Shown here in pieces: positions 34,650 through 36,373 of a stretch of 36,373 nucleotides of DNA (positions within the stretch are counted from its first letter, which is position 1; each line of letters starts with the position of its first letter). The translations under genes were made by a program, and so were the position numbers. The DNA lies in NCBI RefSeq assembly GCF_001194135.2, contig NC_068981.1, forward strand, positions 105,821,933-105,858,305, given 5' to 3'. The notes beneath the pieces were generated by a model, which was not told the DNA's origin, made no database searches, and saw only the letters and a list, made by a program, of their open reading frames with translations. This DNA is from Octopus bimaculoides (lineage: Eukaryota).

Positions 34650-35503
34650 TACTTATGTGGTGGAAGAAGAAAATATTAGCTCAGTGAATGATATTGATTT
34701 AATCTCAACTTGGTACATCTCTTATGTCCTTATGATAACTTTTGACTTCTACTCATTACTTGTACACTAGTGTATATTAATATAGTAATTCTGTTATCAC
34801 TTATGTAGTAAATTTGGAGATTCCATTGCTTCACTGAGGAGGATTAATAATGCTGAAACATCTCTACAGTTGTCATCCATACTTGCCATGATTAGATTAA
34901 TAAGTTTAGTCATTGAGTTAATGTTTTCTTCACCACATGTACAATCAATTAATTTTATTTTTTGCCTCACTACATTAAGTATGACGGTAGGAACTTGATT
35001 GTTGATTTTTATGTGGATAGCATCCCTAAGAAATGCTGTTGTGTCTAAATTTCTTAGCCTTATCTCTGCTCCATCTTTCCTCAACCAGCCATCAGTTAAG
35101 AATGCTTTTCTACTCAGTATGCATTTTATATTATAATTCATGAAAAAGAATAACAATGAAACATAATGTGTTTCAATATTCTTAAAGTAGAAATAATTAC
35201 TTTCTTTGAGTTGAATTGTTCTACAAATTCAGTTTTTTTGTGTGAATTCTTGGAATAGGTGATGTTACAGAATTAGTTGCAGGAAAGGTGTCAATCAACA
35301 AAGAATAGAAATACAACTTAAATACATCCCTACTTTGAATATATATTAAAAAAGTATTAATAGATTTCATATTTCATAATCTTCAGATTTCTCATAGATT
35401 ATTTTTAAATGAAGTTCTCTGAATTTTGTTATCATTTGTAGTGGGCTTGTTTTCCCACATATATACTTTGTGTTTTTCTTCTTTTCTTTTTTTAATTTTC
35501 CAG

Positions 35504-35644
35504 GCAAGTTCTGATATCTCAACAAAGCCATCAAATCAAGTGCCTACAAAATATGCTAAATCACCAAAGGTCAACCATAAACATAAAACTGAAGGTATAT
35601 CCATTAAGCGAAGTGTCAACAATGGCAAAAAAGTCAGCTGTTAA
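35504..35644 (+). CDS. ANKRD42: ANKRD42-like terminal exon 12 (ASSDISTKPS...KHKTEGISIKRSVNNGKKVSC*)
   Basis: Long polypyrimidine tract and ttccag|; phase 0; TAA at 35642-35644. Basic tail loosely resembles recalled human KKKVSSGGVFVRRY. Confidence 0.8.
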   Translation, partial: ASSDISTKPSNQVPTKYAKSPKVNHKHKTEGISIKRSVNNGKKVSC

Positions 35645-36136
35645 GTGACACACTGATACACACTGTTTACTTATCCAATACTTAATATATTCTTATATCA
35701 CTGTATTTTATATCGATAACATGGGTTTCAAACTGACAAATACCAGGCCCACTGAAATATTAGTGAATATTTTTGGGGCTCCCCTCTTTATATATGAGAA
35801 CACAAAACTTTTTGTTTGTTTTTTGCCATGGTGTTGGACAAGTTTTAAGTTTTAAACCATCTTCATTTTGTTTGTCTCCTTATTAATCCTTAAAGTGTCT
35901 CCACTCTCATTAGAGGAAACACTGTACTAAAGTAATGATTTCTTACATTGCTATGAAATCTCAGGAGGAGGAGGAGTGAAATTCTGATATTTCTTTATTT
36001 TGCAAAGGCATTAAGTTATTTTGATGAGTGAAACAGAAATATTGTAGTAAGTTATTGAAGTAGATTTCAAGTGGGGTTACAACTTTTGTTAGAAGATTAA
36101 TATATTTAATCAACAACAGATTAGTGATATGCACTT

Positions 36137-36296
36137 AATAAAATACTTTTTGCAATTCATTAGTATGCACTAAATATCAAGAATACAGTTTTGCTTCATT
36201 TGTTAGTCAAAATGAGTTTATCAGATTTAATGACAAATTCTGTGAGATAGTAAATTATTTTACAAAAATTAACATTATTCCTAAGATCCTAATAAA
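36137..36296 (+). terminator. Candidate poly(A) signals AATAAA at 36137-36142 and 36291-36296
   Basis: Canonical hexamers about 500 and 650 nt after the stop. The region is AT-rich, so chance occurrence is plausible. Confidence 0.4.
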
Positions 36297-36373
36297 ATGG
36301 TGATTGTACCTCTCTTAAGTAATATTTGCACGAAACAGTCTTTTTTATTAAGCTATTAAGTTGTGATATTTGT

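Overview
AT-rich, microsatellite-laden eukaryotic draft-assembly sequence with five N gaps. The SINE, LINE and transposon content looks like a coleoid cephalopod, probably Octopus (inference). Almost the whole window is one plus-strand, 12-exon gene that I reconstruct by hand as an ANKRD42 (SARP) orthologue: ATG at 1514, stop ending at 35644, 1491 nt CDS, 496 aa. All 11 introns are GT-AG with matching phases. The protein has about 9-10 ankyrin repeats, a coiled coil (QLEYERLRREKLE) and a basic tail. An RFX X-box-like motif sits about 55 bp upstream of the ATG. The introns hold a decayed Penelope-like element, three TIR-bounded Tc1/mariner relics from different lineages, RTE-type LINE fragments, several SINE families, inverted repeat pairs and two degenerate hammerhead-like motifs. 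I see no prokaryotic operon, CRISPR array or convincingly new multi-gene system. The best leads are regulatory and RNA-structural, and are scored accordingly. Family assignments come from recalled motifs, not database searches.
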